DNA of 64,000 nucleotides from Thermoplasmata archaeon (GTDB lineage: Archaea; Thermoplasmatota; Thermoplasmata; Lutacidiplasmatales; UBA184). Location: assembly GCA_035507575.1 (NCBI GenBank), contig DATJNY010000006.1, positions 1,930-65,929 on the forward strand. Direction: 5' to 3'. Below, piece by piece: positions 12,735 through 21,052 of the stretch. Each line of letters begins with the position of its first letter. Within the stretch, counting starts at the first letter, position 1. The position numbers and the translations under genes are program-made. The notes under the pieces were generated by a model. The model was not told the DNA's origin, did not search any database, and saw nothing but the letters and a program-made list of their open reading frames with translations.

Positions 12735-12950
12735 TCACCAGCCGAGACGATCGAGCTTGCGGGCGGCCTTGGTCTGCTTCTTCCACTCGCGGTAGTGGTC
12801 GCGGCAGAGCGGCGCTCGTCGGCCCTTCTCGGGGAGCTGCGGGAACGCCTTGCGCGCCTCGGCGAGCGACAAGCGACGCGCGGCAAGGGCCCCGCAACCG
12901 GGGACGGCGCACGGCTCCTCGCCTTCCGGCGCGTCGTCGGCGGGGCTCAT
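12735..12950 (-). CDS. Small Cys/His-containing basic protein, function unknown
   Basis: 71 aa (PCAVPGCG...LCRDHYREWKK). Its ATG overlaps the sucD stop (ATGA at 12947..12950). Confidence 0.4.
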   Translation of the reverse strand: MSPADDAPEGEEPCAVPGCGALAARRLSLAEARKAFPQLPEKGRRAPLCRDHYREWKKQTKAARKLDRLGW

Positions 12951-13831
12951 CGCCGGGCCTGCCGGGCGACGATCTCCGCGACCAGGTCGGGAATCTCGTA
13001 CGGGAACCGGGCGACCTTCGCGCCGGCGGCCGAAAGGGCCGCGAGCTTCGTCTCGGCGGTGCCCTTGCCCCGGGAGATGATCGCCCCGGCGTGGCCCATC
13101 CGCTTGCCGGGCGGCGCGCTCCGGCCCGCGATGTAGGCGACGACCGGCTTCGTCACGTGATGGCGGATGTACTCGGCTCCGTCCTCCTCGGCGGTGCCGC
13201 CGATCTCCCCCACGAGGACGATGACGTCGGTCCCCGGGTCGGCCTGGAAAAGCGGCAGGGCGTCGACGAACGACGTGCCGACGACCGGATCCCCGCCGAG
13301 GCCGATGCAGGCGGATTGCCCGAGCCCGTGCTCTTTGATGCCGTTGACGATCTCGTAGGTCAGGGTCCCGCTCCGGGAGATGACCCCCACGCGACCGGGG
13401 TGGAACACCACATTCGGGATGATCCCGATCTTCGCGAGCCCCGGCGCCGCGATCCCCGGACAGTTCGGTCCGATGATCCGGCCGCCCTTCGACCGCGAGT
13501 AGTGGTACATCACGAGCATGTCGTGGAACGGGATGTGCTCGGTGACGACGACCGAGAGGAGGATTCCCGCGTCGACCGCCTCGACGAGAGCGTCCTTCGC
13601 GTACGGGGCCGGCACGAAGATGCAGGACGAGTTCGCCCGCGTCTTCGCCACCGCTTCCTTCACGGTGTCGAACACCGGGACGCCCTCGACCTCGGTACCC
13701 GCCTTCCCCGGCGTCACGCCCGCGACGACGTTCGTCCCGAACGCCTTCATCTGCCGCGTGTGGACCGTCCCCTGATGCCCGGTGATCCCCTGGACGAGCA
13801 CTCGGGTGTTCGCGTCGACGAGGACCGTCAT
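12947..13831 (-). CDS. sucD: Succinyl-CoA synthetase (ADP-forming) alpha subunit
   Basis: CoA-binding motif VQGITGHQGT and phosphohistidine loop MGHAGAIISRGKGTAE. The ATG at 13831 overlaps the sucC stop. Confidence 0.9.
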   Translation of the reverse strand: MTVLVDANTRVLVQGITGHQGTVHTRQMKAFGTNVVAGVTPGKAGTEVEGVPVFDTVKEAVAKTRANSSCIFVPAPYAKDALVEAVDAGILLSVVVTEHIPFHDMLVMYHYSRSKGGRIIGPNCPGIAAPGLAKIGIIPNVVFHPGRVGVISRSGTLTYEIVNGIKEHGLGQSACIGLGGDPVVGTSFVDALPLFQADPGTDVIVLVGEIGGTAEEDGAEYIRHHVTKPVVAYIAGRSAPPGKRMGHAGAIISRGKGTAETKLAALSAAGAKVARFPYEIPDLVAEIVARQARR

Positions 13832-14961
13832 GCCGACCCTCCCGCGGCGGCGACGACCGCCTGGGCGGACTCCTTGAGGGTCGGGATCGAGGTGATCCCG
13901 GCCGCGCGAAGGATCTCGATCCCTTCCTTCTCGTTGTTTCCGCGGATCCGCGCGACGAGCGGGAACTTCTCCTCCGCCGGCACCTGCTTCATCGCCTCGA
14001 CGAGTCCGTTGGCGACCGTGTCGCATCGCGTGACCCCGCCGAAGATGTTCAGGAACACCGCCCTCGGCTTCGCACGCGCCATCAGGAGGAACGCCTCGGT
14101 CACCTTCTTCGGGTCATCGGTGCCGCCCAGGTCCAGGAAGACGCCGGGGTTCCCGCCGAATTCCTTCAGCACGTCGAGCGTCGCCATCGTGAGCCCCGCG
14201 CCGTTCGCGATGACGCCGATATTCCCGTCGAGCTGGACGAACGCGATGCCCTTCTCCCTCGCCACCTCCTCGAGCGGCGTCCGATCGTCCTGGATGTCGT
14301 CGTACTCGGGATGACGGAAGGCCGCGTCGTCCTCGATGATCACCTTCGCGTCGAGCGCGACGAGCCCTTCCCCGACCACGGCGAGGGGATTGATCTCGAC
14401 GAGCTCCGCATCCTCCCGGTTGAAGAGGGTCCACAACGCGTCGAGGAGGCGATCGAGCGACTTCGCGACCGGACCCGCGACCCCCAGCACCTTCCCGATC
14501 TGTCGCTTCTCGTACGCCGCCAGCCCGGGGAACGGGTGGACCGGCGTGCGTTCGATCGCGGCGTCGTCGACCGTCTCGATCTCCATGCCCCCCTGCGCGC
14601 TCGCGATCACGATCGGGAGCCGGAGGCTCCGATCGAGCGTCACGGAAAGGTACAATTCGCGGCCGATCGGCAGTTTCTCCTCGAGAAGGACTTCCTTGAC
14701 CTTCTCCCCTTTGAACTCGAGCGCCAGGATCGCCTCGGCCGCCGCCCGGGCCTCCTCGGGAGTGTTGGCGAACCGAACCGCGCCGCCCTTCCCGCGACCG
14801 CCCGAGAGCACCTGCGCCTTGATCACGCACGGCAGCGGGACCGCCCCGCTCGCGACGAGCTTCTCGGCTTCGCTGCCCGATCGCGCGACCTGACCCCGCG
14901 GGAGCGGCACGCCGTACTTTCGGAACAGTTCCTTGCCTCGCCACTCGGCAAGCTTGACCAT
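13828..14961 (-). CDS. sucC: Succinyl-CoA synthetase beta subunit
   Basis: ATP-grasp N-terminus (MVKLAEWRGKELFRKYGVP), 377 aa, directly coupled to sucD. Confidence 0.9.
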   Translation of the reverse strand: MVKLAEWRGKELFRKYGVPLPRGQVARSGSEAEKLVASGAVPLPCVIKAQVLSGGRGKGGAVRFANTPEEARAAAEAILALEFKGEKVKEVLLEEKLPIGRELYLSVTLDRSLRLPIVIASAQGGMEIETVDDAAIERTPVHPFPGLAAYEKRQIGKVLGVAGPVAKSLDRLLDALWTLFNREDAELVEINPLAVVGEGLVALDAKVIIEDDAAFRHPEYDDIQDDRTPLEEVAREKGIAFVQLDGNIGVIANGAGLTMATLDVLKEFGGNPGVFLDLGGTDDPKKVTEAFLLMARAKPRAVFLNIFGGVTRCDTVANGLVEAMKQVPAEEKFPLVARIRGNNEKEGIEILRAAGITSIPTLKESAQAVVAAAGGSA

Positions 14962-14991
14962 CGGAATCCCCGGCGCGCGGAGGCCGGCGGC

Positions 14992-14999
14992 ATATTAAG
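14992..14999 (-). promoter_or_regulatory. Putative TATA box (CTTAATAT on the minus strand) for sucCD
   Basis: About 35 nt upstream of the sucC ATG at 14961. Confidence 0.35.
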
Positions 15000-15032
15000 G
15001 GCGCCGGTCGCCGAAGGCGCGACGGGTCGCGG

Positions 15033-15812
15033 TTACGGCGGTCCCGGGTGCTTCCGGCCGGTGGATCTCGCGACGAGATTCGAGGCGAGGAGGAGCTCCA
15101 GGAGGCGCTCGTGCTTCTTCTCGTCCGACTCCATGCTCTCCCAGAGGATCTGCATCATCCCTCCGAGCTCGGGTCCCAGATCGATCTCGCTCGTCGCTTC
15201 CGCTTCGTGCTCCCGACGGATGAGGTGTTCGACGTCGTCGCGGGTGATACCGGTCGGCGCGCTCGAGGCGACCCCTCGATCCAGATAGGAGCCCAGCGAG
15301 GCGGCGATCTCGGCGTGGCGGAGACTGTCCGACGCGATCTGTCGGAAGAGCGCCCGCGTGAGCTCGTCCTTGGAGCGCTGGGCGAGCCGCATGCACTCGG
15401 TCACGGCGTTTTGTTCCCCCGCGATCCGGTCCCGCAACCAGCTCGGGATCTTGCGCTGGAGCTCGGGGCTCAGCGTCTTCCCTCCCTTCGTCGCCCGCCC
15501 GCGGGCCGGCGGCGCGACCCGTTCCCCGAGCGCGATCGACGCTTCGAGGATCACGCGGACCCCAGGGCTGCCCTCCTGGATCCGCTGGGCCGCCGTGTGC
15601 GCGATCCGGCGGGCCTCCTCGTCGCGCAGGTAGGTCGAGAGCGTCGGACCGAGCCGCTTCCCCGACAGGTACTGCGATACGGACGAGGGCACGATCCCGA
15701 GATGGATCGCGGTCTGGCGCTCCGAGAGGCCGAACGTTTCGACCAGCTCGCGCGCGACGAGCGCCTGCATCACCTGGACCCAGACGACCGGGGACGGCGC
15801 GGATTCGGCCAT
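15033..15812 (-). CDS. Putative transcriptional regulator: N-terminal HTH fused to an acidic/His-rich helical (ferritin-like?) domain
   Basis: The HTH region is GLSERQTAIHLGIVPSSVSQYLSGKR. The C-terminal helices carry SLRHAE, REHEAE and ESDEKKHE motifs. It lies 4 nt downstream of the ZIP transporter gene. Confidence 0.5.
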   Translation of the reverse strand: MAESAPSPVVWVQVMQALVARELVETFGLSERQTAIHLGIVPSSVSQYLSGKRLGPTLSTYLRDEEARRIAHTAAQRIQEGSPGVRVILEASIALGERVAPPARGRATKGGKTLSPELQRKIPSWLRDRIAGEQNAVTECMRLAQRSKDELTRALFRQIASDSLRHAEIAASLGSYLDRGVASSAPTGITRDDVEHLIRREHEAEATSEIDLGPELGGMMQILWESMESDEKKHERLLELLLASNLVARSTGRKHPGPP

Positions 15813-15816
15813 CGCG

Positions 15817-16629
15817 TTAGATGGCGTTCACTGCGAATCCCAGCAAAAAGCCGACCATCACGCCGACGTAGACGAGCTGGTTCCGCCGGATCGACAGCTC
15901 TCGCGACTCGAGCGGGCGGAACGCGACGCGCAGCATCGGCAGGATCACGTAGGCGATCGCTCCGATCGCGAGCGCGTCGAAGATGCAGATGAACAGGTCG
16001 TTGCTCCAATAGTACCCGATCGCGCCGCCCAATAGCGTCGGGAGTCCGCCGACGAGGAACAAGCCGACCATCAGCCCGACGTTCCGCCGGGCGTTCGTCC
16101 CCAGGAACGGGGAAGCGATCGGGAATCCCTCCGTGACATTCTGCAGGAAGAAGCCGAGGAACACCACGGCGAGGATCCCGAGCGCGCCCGCGGTCCAATT
16201 CACGCCGAACACGAGCCCCTCGGTGAGGTTCTGGAGCCCGATCCCGAGGGCGATGATCAGCGCGGTGTTGCGCGGTCCGGACTCGCCGACCGGGGCCGCG
16301 GCGCTCGCGACCGGGTCCCCGGCCGCCACGCCGCGGGGCGCGCGGTTCGGCAGGTTGTCGACGGCGTAGAGCCCGAGGAACGCGACCAGGAACGCGATGC
16401 CGAACGCGATCGAGTACCCCGCGTCGGCCACGTACCCGTTCGGGTACAGGATCGGGGCGACGTCGGAGAAGACATCCGCGAGCAGAAAGACCAGGATTCC
16501 GATCGCGGCGGCGTTCAATCCCGTCGCCCAACGCCCTTGGGCCCGCTTGCTATAGACGATCGGCAGCGACAGAAAGATCGATAGTCCCATCGCGCTGGTC
16601 AACGCCATGAAGAGCAGGAAGTCGCTCAT
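15817..16629 (-). CDS. ZIP family metal cation transporter
   Basis: 270 aa and polytopic. Two QNxTEG motifs (QNLTEG and QNVTEG) occupy the positions of the ZIP HNxPEG signatures. Confidence 0.7.
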   Translation of the reverse strand: MSDFLLFMALTSAMGLSIFLSLPIVYSKRAQGRWATGLNAAAIGILVFLLADVFSDVAPILYPNGYVADAGYSIAFGIAFLVAFLGLYAVDNLPNRAPRGVAAGDPVASAAAPVGESGPRNTALIIALGIGLQNLTEGLVFGVNWTAGALGILAVVFLGFFLQNVTEGFPIASPFLGTNARRNVGLMVGLFLVGGLPTLLGGAIGYYWSNDLFICIFDALAIGAIAYVILPMLRVAFRPLESRELSIRRNQLVYVGVMVGFLLGFAVNAI

Positions 16630-16660
16630 CGGTTCTCCGCTGCCACTGACGCGTGGCGCG

Positions 16661-16667
16661 ATTTAAG
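16661..16667 (-). promoter_or_regulatory. Putative TATA box (CTTAAAT on the minus strand) for the ZIP/regulator operon
   Basis: About 35 nt upstream of the ATG at 16629, next to the most AT-rich stretch of the window (16681..16720). Confidence 0.35.
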
Positions 16668-16793
16668 CGCTTTGCCAGTGAACGTGCTACAAACAAATTT
16701 CACTACGTGAATATACACGCCCGCGGATGCTGGAACTCGAATTCCTCTCGAGCGACGCAGTGAGATCGGCCAAGACCCCGGGCCGCTCGGTCT

Positions 16794-18104
16794 CTATCGG
16801 CGGCGGCGCCCCCGGGGCGAGCGCGCCTTGCGGTGAGGGCGGGGTGACCGAGCTGTGACATCGGTATCGGATTTCTGCGACGGGAGCATTCCGCCGATTT
16901 CGTCGAGCAACCGCCCTGCGACGTCCGATTTCGTCCCACGGTTCCAGTGAGCCTTGCCCACGGGAGGGATGATCAGCGCATCCGTGGTCGGCGCGCCCAT
17001 CGTAGCGACGTCGTTCGCGACGACCCAGTTCGCGCCCGTTTCCCGCGCGAGCTCGCGGCCTGCGCTCTCGAGCGCAGCATCGCCCTCTCCCGCGAGCAGC
17101 TTGAACGCGACGATCTGCGTCGGGGCCGGCGCCAGCGAGCGAAGCTCGGGGAGGAACTTGGGGGCCCGTTCGAGGGAGACCGAGAGCGACGTCTGATCTG
17201 CGCTTCGGATCTTCCCCGGCCGCTTCTCGACCGTAAAGTCCGATAAGGCCGCGGGGACGAGGACGGCGGCCGACGCCGCGAGCTCCGAACGTCGCTTGCG
17301 CGACAAGGCGAGGAGGTCGCGAACCGATTGCCAGGATGCGGTTGGCAGGAAGGGCGGGACGGGAACGCGGAGCGCGCCCGACCAGAGTTGGACGTCGGCG
17401 CCCCGGTAATGCGCCTGAGTCGCGAGCGCAACACCAAACGCTCCGGAGCTTTCGTTCGTCAAGGAGCGGACCGAGTCGAGCGGCTCTCGAGCCGCCCCGG
17501 CGATCACGATGACCCGCCGACCGCGCCACGGTCCGTCGGCGATCCGGTGCAGCACGGCCGCGGCGACGTCCTCGGGCGAGGCGATCTTCTCCTCTCCCTC
17601 GGTCGACGCACCGGCGATGATCCCGACCCCCCAGCCCTGGAGCCGCTCGAGACTCTCGCGAACGGCCGGATTGAGCCCCATGTGAGCGTGCATCGCCGGC
17701 GCGATCAGCATCGGCACGCCGCCCCCAAGGGCCACCGACGCGCACGAGGTGACCGGCGTGTCGTCGATCCCGTGCGCAATTTTCGAGATCGTGTTGGCGG
17801 TGGCCGGCGCGATCAGGTACAGGTCGGCCCGACCCTCCCCCGGACCGAGCAGCGTCACGTGCTCCACGTTCCCGGTCAGCTGAAGCACGACCGGATGCCC
17901 GGTCGCGAACTCGAGGGCCTCCGCCGTGACGATCCGGGTCGCCTCGGAGCTCATGACCGCCTGGACGTCGGCACCGTGGCGGATCAGTTCCCGGATGATC
18001 TTCGGGGTCTCCACGGCCGCGATCGACCCGGAAACTCCGACGAGGACGCGCTTCCCGGCGAGGAGTTGGGTCGTCCGCCCCCGGATAATGTGACTTGGAT
18101 GCAT
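16794..18104 (-). CDS. coaBC: Bifunctional phosphopantothenoylcysteine decarboxylase / phosphopantothenate-cysteine ligase
   Basis: An N-terminal flavoprotein domain (VGVSGSIAAVETP, APATANTI, PAMHAHM) is followed by a C-terminal CoaB-like domain. 436 aa. Confidence 0.85.
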   Translation of the reverse strand: MHPSHIIRGRTTQLLAGKRVLVGVSGSIAAVETPKIIRELIRHGADVQAVMSSEATRIVTAEALEFATGHPVVLQLTGNVEHVTLLGPGEGRADLYLIAPATANTISKIAHGIDDTPVTSCASVALGGGVPMLIAPAMHAHMGLNPAVRESLERLQGWGVGIIAGASTEGEEKIASPEDVAAAVLHRIADGPWRGRRVIVIAGAAREPLDSVRSLTNESSGAFGVALATQAHYRGADVQLWSGALRVPVPPFLPTASWQSVRDLLALSRKRRSELAASAAVLVPAALSDFTVEKRPGKIRSADQTSLSVSLERAPKFLPELRSLAPAPTQIVAFKLLAGEGDAALESAGRELARETGANWVVANDVATMGAPTTDALIIPPVGKAHWNRGTKSDVAGRLLDEIGGMLPSQKSDTDVTARSPRPHRKARSPRGRRRR

Positions 18105-18208
18105 GGGTCGAAGCGCTCGCGCCCGTCGGTCCGAAGGTCGGGGGGCGCCTATTAGCCCCGCGGCGAGCGACTCCGCGGCTTAAAGAGTCCGGACCGCTCG
18201 CGACGCCG

Positions 18209-19066
18209 ATGGCCGACCAGGTCGGGGAGAAATCCGCGAAGGAGCCGCCTCTCCTGGAGCAACCGCTCCCCATGGTCGCCTCGACCAGCCAATTCGCCGA
18301 GATCTTGCACGGGGTCGGCGGACCGAAGCCGACGGTCGCGCCAAAGGAGGTCGAGCGCGGCGTGGTCGTCTTCGACCTGGACGGGACGCTGCTCGACGAC
18401 CTCGGGTTGATCTGCGACGTCGCGGCCGACGTAATGTTCAAGGCGTTTGGGACCCCGCCGGACGAGGCCCGGATCCACTATCTCGCGACGACCGGCATGC
18501 CGTTCGAGGCCCAGCTCGCGCAACTGTACCCCTCCGCCCCGGCCGACCTAAGGGCCTCCACCGCCCGCACGTTCCATCAACGCAAGGTCACGGAAGCGTA
18601 TGCGAAGGTCAAGCCGTTCCCGGAGGTCCCGAAGCTCCTGAAGCGCCTCGACCGCGAGCGGTGGACGCTCGACGTCTCGACCGGAGCCGAGACCGAGATG
18701 GCGGAGCTCCTGCTCGAGCGGGAGGGTCTTCGCTACTGGTTCGAAGATGTCCTGGGTTCCGCGGAGGGCACGAAGCGGGAGCACCTCACCGAATACCGTC
18801 GACGGTACCCGAAGGCCCGGATGTTCTTGGTGGGCGACTCCCGTTTCGACATGGAGGCCGCCCAATCCGTCGAGGGTGTGGCGCCGATCGGAAGGGCCTC
18901 CTCCCTGAAGGGCTGGGCACTCACTCCGCTCGACCTCGAGCAGTGGGGGGCGAAGTGGGCGGACTATTCCCTCTCCGGTCTTCCCGAGGCCCTCGCGCGC
19001 TTGGAATCGGCCGCGACGAAGCGATCGGCGAAGCGTCGCCCGGCGGCCCGGCGAGGGCGAAAGTAG
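18209..19066 (+). CDS. HAD superfamily hydrolase
   Basis: Motif I is VVVFDLDGTLLDD and motif IV is LVGDSRFDMEAA. The ATG at 18209 avoids overlap with the coaBC start. Confidence 0.6.
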   Translation: MADQVGEKSAKEPPLLEQPLPMVASTSQFAEILHGVGGPKPTVAPKEVERGVVVFDLDGTLLDDLGLICDVAADVMFKAFGTPPDEARIHYLATTGMPFEAQLAQLYPSAPADLRASTARTFHQRKVTEAYAKVKPFPEVPKLLKRLDRERWTLDVSTGAETEMAELLLEREGLRYWFEDVLGSAEGTKREHLTEYRRRYPKARMFLVGDSRFDMEAAQSVEGVAPIGRASSLKGWALTPLDLEQWGAKWADYSLSGLPEALARLESAATKRSAKRRPAARRGRK

Positions 19067-19329
19067 GGCCGGGACCGAGAGTCTCAAGGCGCGGGGGTCT
19101 GCCCCGCTCCCCTTTGAACCCGGGTCGAGGGATCCACAGTCCCCCAGGATAGGCCAAGCTACCCCATCCCGGCCACGAGTCGAGGAGGCCGGCCCCGGGA
19201 GAAAAGGTTTCGCTCGATTCCCCGAGCGGAGCTCGCCCGGCAGCAGCCCCGGCGGTATCCCGGGCCCTCGTTCCGCCCGAGGAAATCGTAAAGACCCATC
19301 CCACCACGCAGGAGCGAGGGAGCAACATC

Positions 19330-19695
19330 ATGACCGCGGATGGGGATCGACGCTTGGGGCTCATCTTCGGCGTGGTCTCCGCGGTCTTGCTCGTCGTCGA
19401 CGCGGTGCTCCGGTTCCTCGTCGGGATCATCTTCTTCGCGACGGGCCGGGAGATCGCGGCGCTCGGCTCGGCGAACAGCGCCGTCATCTTCCTCGTGCTG
19501 GGACTCGTGATCGGCTTCTTCGCTTTCCTCGGGCGGAGTCGAGGGCCCGACCGAAGCCTCGCTGCCGGGGTGATTCTGATCGTCCTCGCTTTGGTCGGGT
19601 GGCTCGCGCTGGGCTTCGGCGGGAGCCTTCTCGCGATCCTCGCCGCCGTCTTCGCCCTGGTCGCGGGGATTCTGTTTCTCGTCGCGGGTCGCTGA
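19330..19695 (+). CDS. Hypothetical membrane protein
   Basis: 121 aa with four hydrophobic helices. No family recognised. Confidence 0.45.
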   Translation: MTADGDRRLGLIFGVVSAVLLVVDAVLRFLVGIIFFATGREIAALGSANSAVIFLVLGLVIGFFAFLGRSRGPDRSLAAGVILIVLALVGWLALGFGGSLLAILAAVFALVAGILFLVAGR

Positions 19696-19763
19696 CGCGA
19701 CCGATTAGAGCTCTTAGGAAGGCGGGAAAGGGTTACTCGAAAGAGCGCAGGTTCGGAGCCGCC

Positions 19764-20315
19764 CTAGGTTCCGGACACTGTGATCACGATGTTAGTATAC
19801 GCGATCGGAAGGTTACCAGAACCCGAAGGACCAGCGTCCAGAAACACGTTCAACTGGCCCGAGAATGCTGGGTCCATCGGCGTGGTGTCCGAAATCGAGA
19901 AAGCCGCGACGCCCGGGCTCGCGCCCCCTGTCGTCGTGATGTAGAACGTGTCCAGTTGGCCAAGTCCCGTCGAGGGAACGCCCATCCACGTAATCTCCTC
20001 GAAGAAGTCATTCGGGTTGGTAGTGCACGCCGCGGTGCCTGGCTCGTAAACGCTCACGTTCGACGTAGCCGCACTCCATGTGGTGCCCGTCCCGCAACTC
20101 ACGCCCGTCGATTCGACGAGGGTCAGAGTCAGCGAGGTCACCTTATCGCTCGCAAAAATCGTATCGCCGGGAACGCTCACCGAACCCGCATTCTGATTCG
20201 TTGGGGCAACGGTAATCCCGCTCAGCGAGGCAGCCACGACGTACCCGCCGGCCATCACCAGGATCGTGAGGATTGTCGCAGCGTAGATCGTTCGGCGTCG
20301 TACTTGTGTTACCAT
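19764..20315 (-). CDS. Small secreted or anchored Thr/Ser/Gly-rich protein, unknown family
   Basis: 183 aa from the ATG at 20315 (MVTQVRRRTIYAATILTILVMAGGYVVAAS is a signal/anchor). The rest is beta-rich with two Cys. It has a GAGGCGGAG Shine-Dalgarno-like element and visibly lower GC than its neighbours. Confidence 0.5.
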   Translation of the reverse strand: MVTQVRRRTIYAATILTILVMAGGYVVAASLSGITVAPTNQNAGSVSVPGDTIFASDKVTSLTLTLVESTGVSCGTGTTWSAATSNVSVYEPGTAACTTNPNDFFEEITWMGVPSTGLGQLDTFYITTTGGASPGVAAFSISDTTPMDPAFSGQLNVFLDAGPSGSGNLPIAYTNIVITVSGT

Positions 20316-20352
20316 TTCTCCGCCTCGAGGGTAAAAGTGAACATGCGAAGAC

Positions 20353-20368
20353 TGCGTATTTATACGCA
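20353..20368 (-). promoter_or_regulatory. Palindromic TATA element TGCGTATTTATACGCA
   Basis: A 7-bp inverted repeat (TGCGTAT / ATACGCA) flanks and includes a TATAAATA box about 45 nt upstream of the ATG at 20315. Confidence 0.45.
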
Positions 20369-20472
20369 TTGACTCGCTTTAGCCGCGAGGCGAATCGAGC
20401 TCACGGGCCAACAAGTACAATTGGGACAAGCGCGCAGTCATGGCTTAGGAGCCCTCTCGGTCCCCAGACTCG

Positions 20473-21027
20473 ATGAGCACTCGAACAACCTCGCGCTCGA
20501 ACGTTCCCCCGTCAGCTGGTCAGAGCCCCGCCCACGGCGCGCTTCCCTTAATCGGCCTGACCGGGCTCCTCCTTGCGGCCGCGCTCGCGCTGTTCGCGCT
20601 CGCTCCCGCGTGGGGCCCGAACCACCTTCCTCTCTACGAACTGCTCTTGGGTCTGGCCATCGTTGCGGCCATCGGATCTACGGTTTCGTGGTTCTACGGG
20701 TCCGACGAAGCCGAGTCTCCCCCCACTCAAAGTCGCCCGAGGCCGCCGCCGGCTCAGGAGTTGGGCCGGCCAGCCCCCGAGGTTAGGTCGATCGGGCCAG
20801 GGCCAGACCGTTCGACGTCGCAGCCCCGAGCAGTGGCCGGCGCGAAACCGTGGGACGAGGATCCTCTTCCACCGGCGGTCGCGCACGGACCCCGGCCGGT
20901 GCTCACCACTCCCGATGACCCTGGCGAGATCGGACGGGCCCTCGAAGAGATCGCCGAGATCCAGCGGCAGCTCGTGACCCGGTCGCGGACCGATGGGCCC
21001 GCGCCCGAGAGCCCGGCGCGGAGTTAA
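20473..21027 (+). CDS. Hypothetical membrane protein with a Pro-rich linker
   Basis: 184 aa with two hydrophobic helices, a long Pro/Ser-rich segment, and a C-terminal amphipathic helix (EIGRALEEIAEIQRQL). Confidence 0.35.
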   Translation: MSTRTTSRSNVPPSAGQSPAHGALPLIGLTGLLLAAALALFALAPAWGPNHLPLYELLLGLAIVAAIGSTVSWFYGSDEAESPPTQSRPRPPPAQELGRPAPEVRSIGPGPDRSTSQPRAVAGAKPWDEDPLPPAVAHGPRPVLTTPDDPGEIGRALEEIAEIQRQLVTRSRTDGPAPESPARS

Positions 21028-21052
21028 GACCCGGCCGAGTGCTGCGGCCCCC

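Noticed and set aside
16687-18441. 584-aa minus-strand ORF in an alternative frame of coaBC
   Set aside because: It is Arg/Gly/Pro-rich. The coaBC frame carries the flavoprotein and ligase motifs.
19067-19329. SRP RNA or RNase P RNA in the 263-nt spacer
   Set aside because: I could not find the conserved SRP helix-8 motif (…GGAA tetraloop with flanking AGCA/GGA) or the RNase P core on either strand, and the spacer is short for either RNA. It is kept only as a low-interest unexplained spacer.
20367-20369. ATG at 20369 as the start of the secreted-protein gene (track ORF 19764..20369)
   Set aside because: That ATG lies inside the palindromic TATA element, and the added 18 residues precede the signal/anchor. 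The ATG at 20315, with a Shine-Dalgarno-like element, is preferred.
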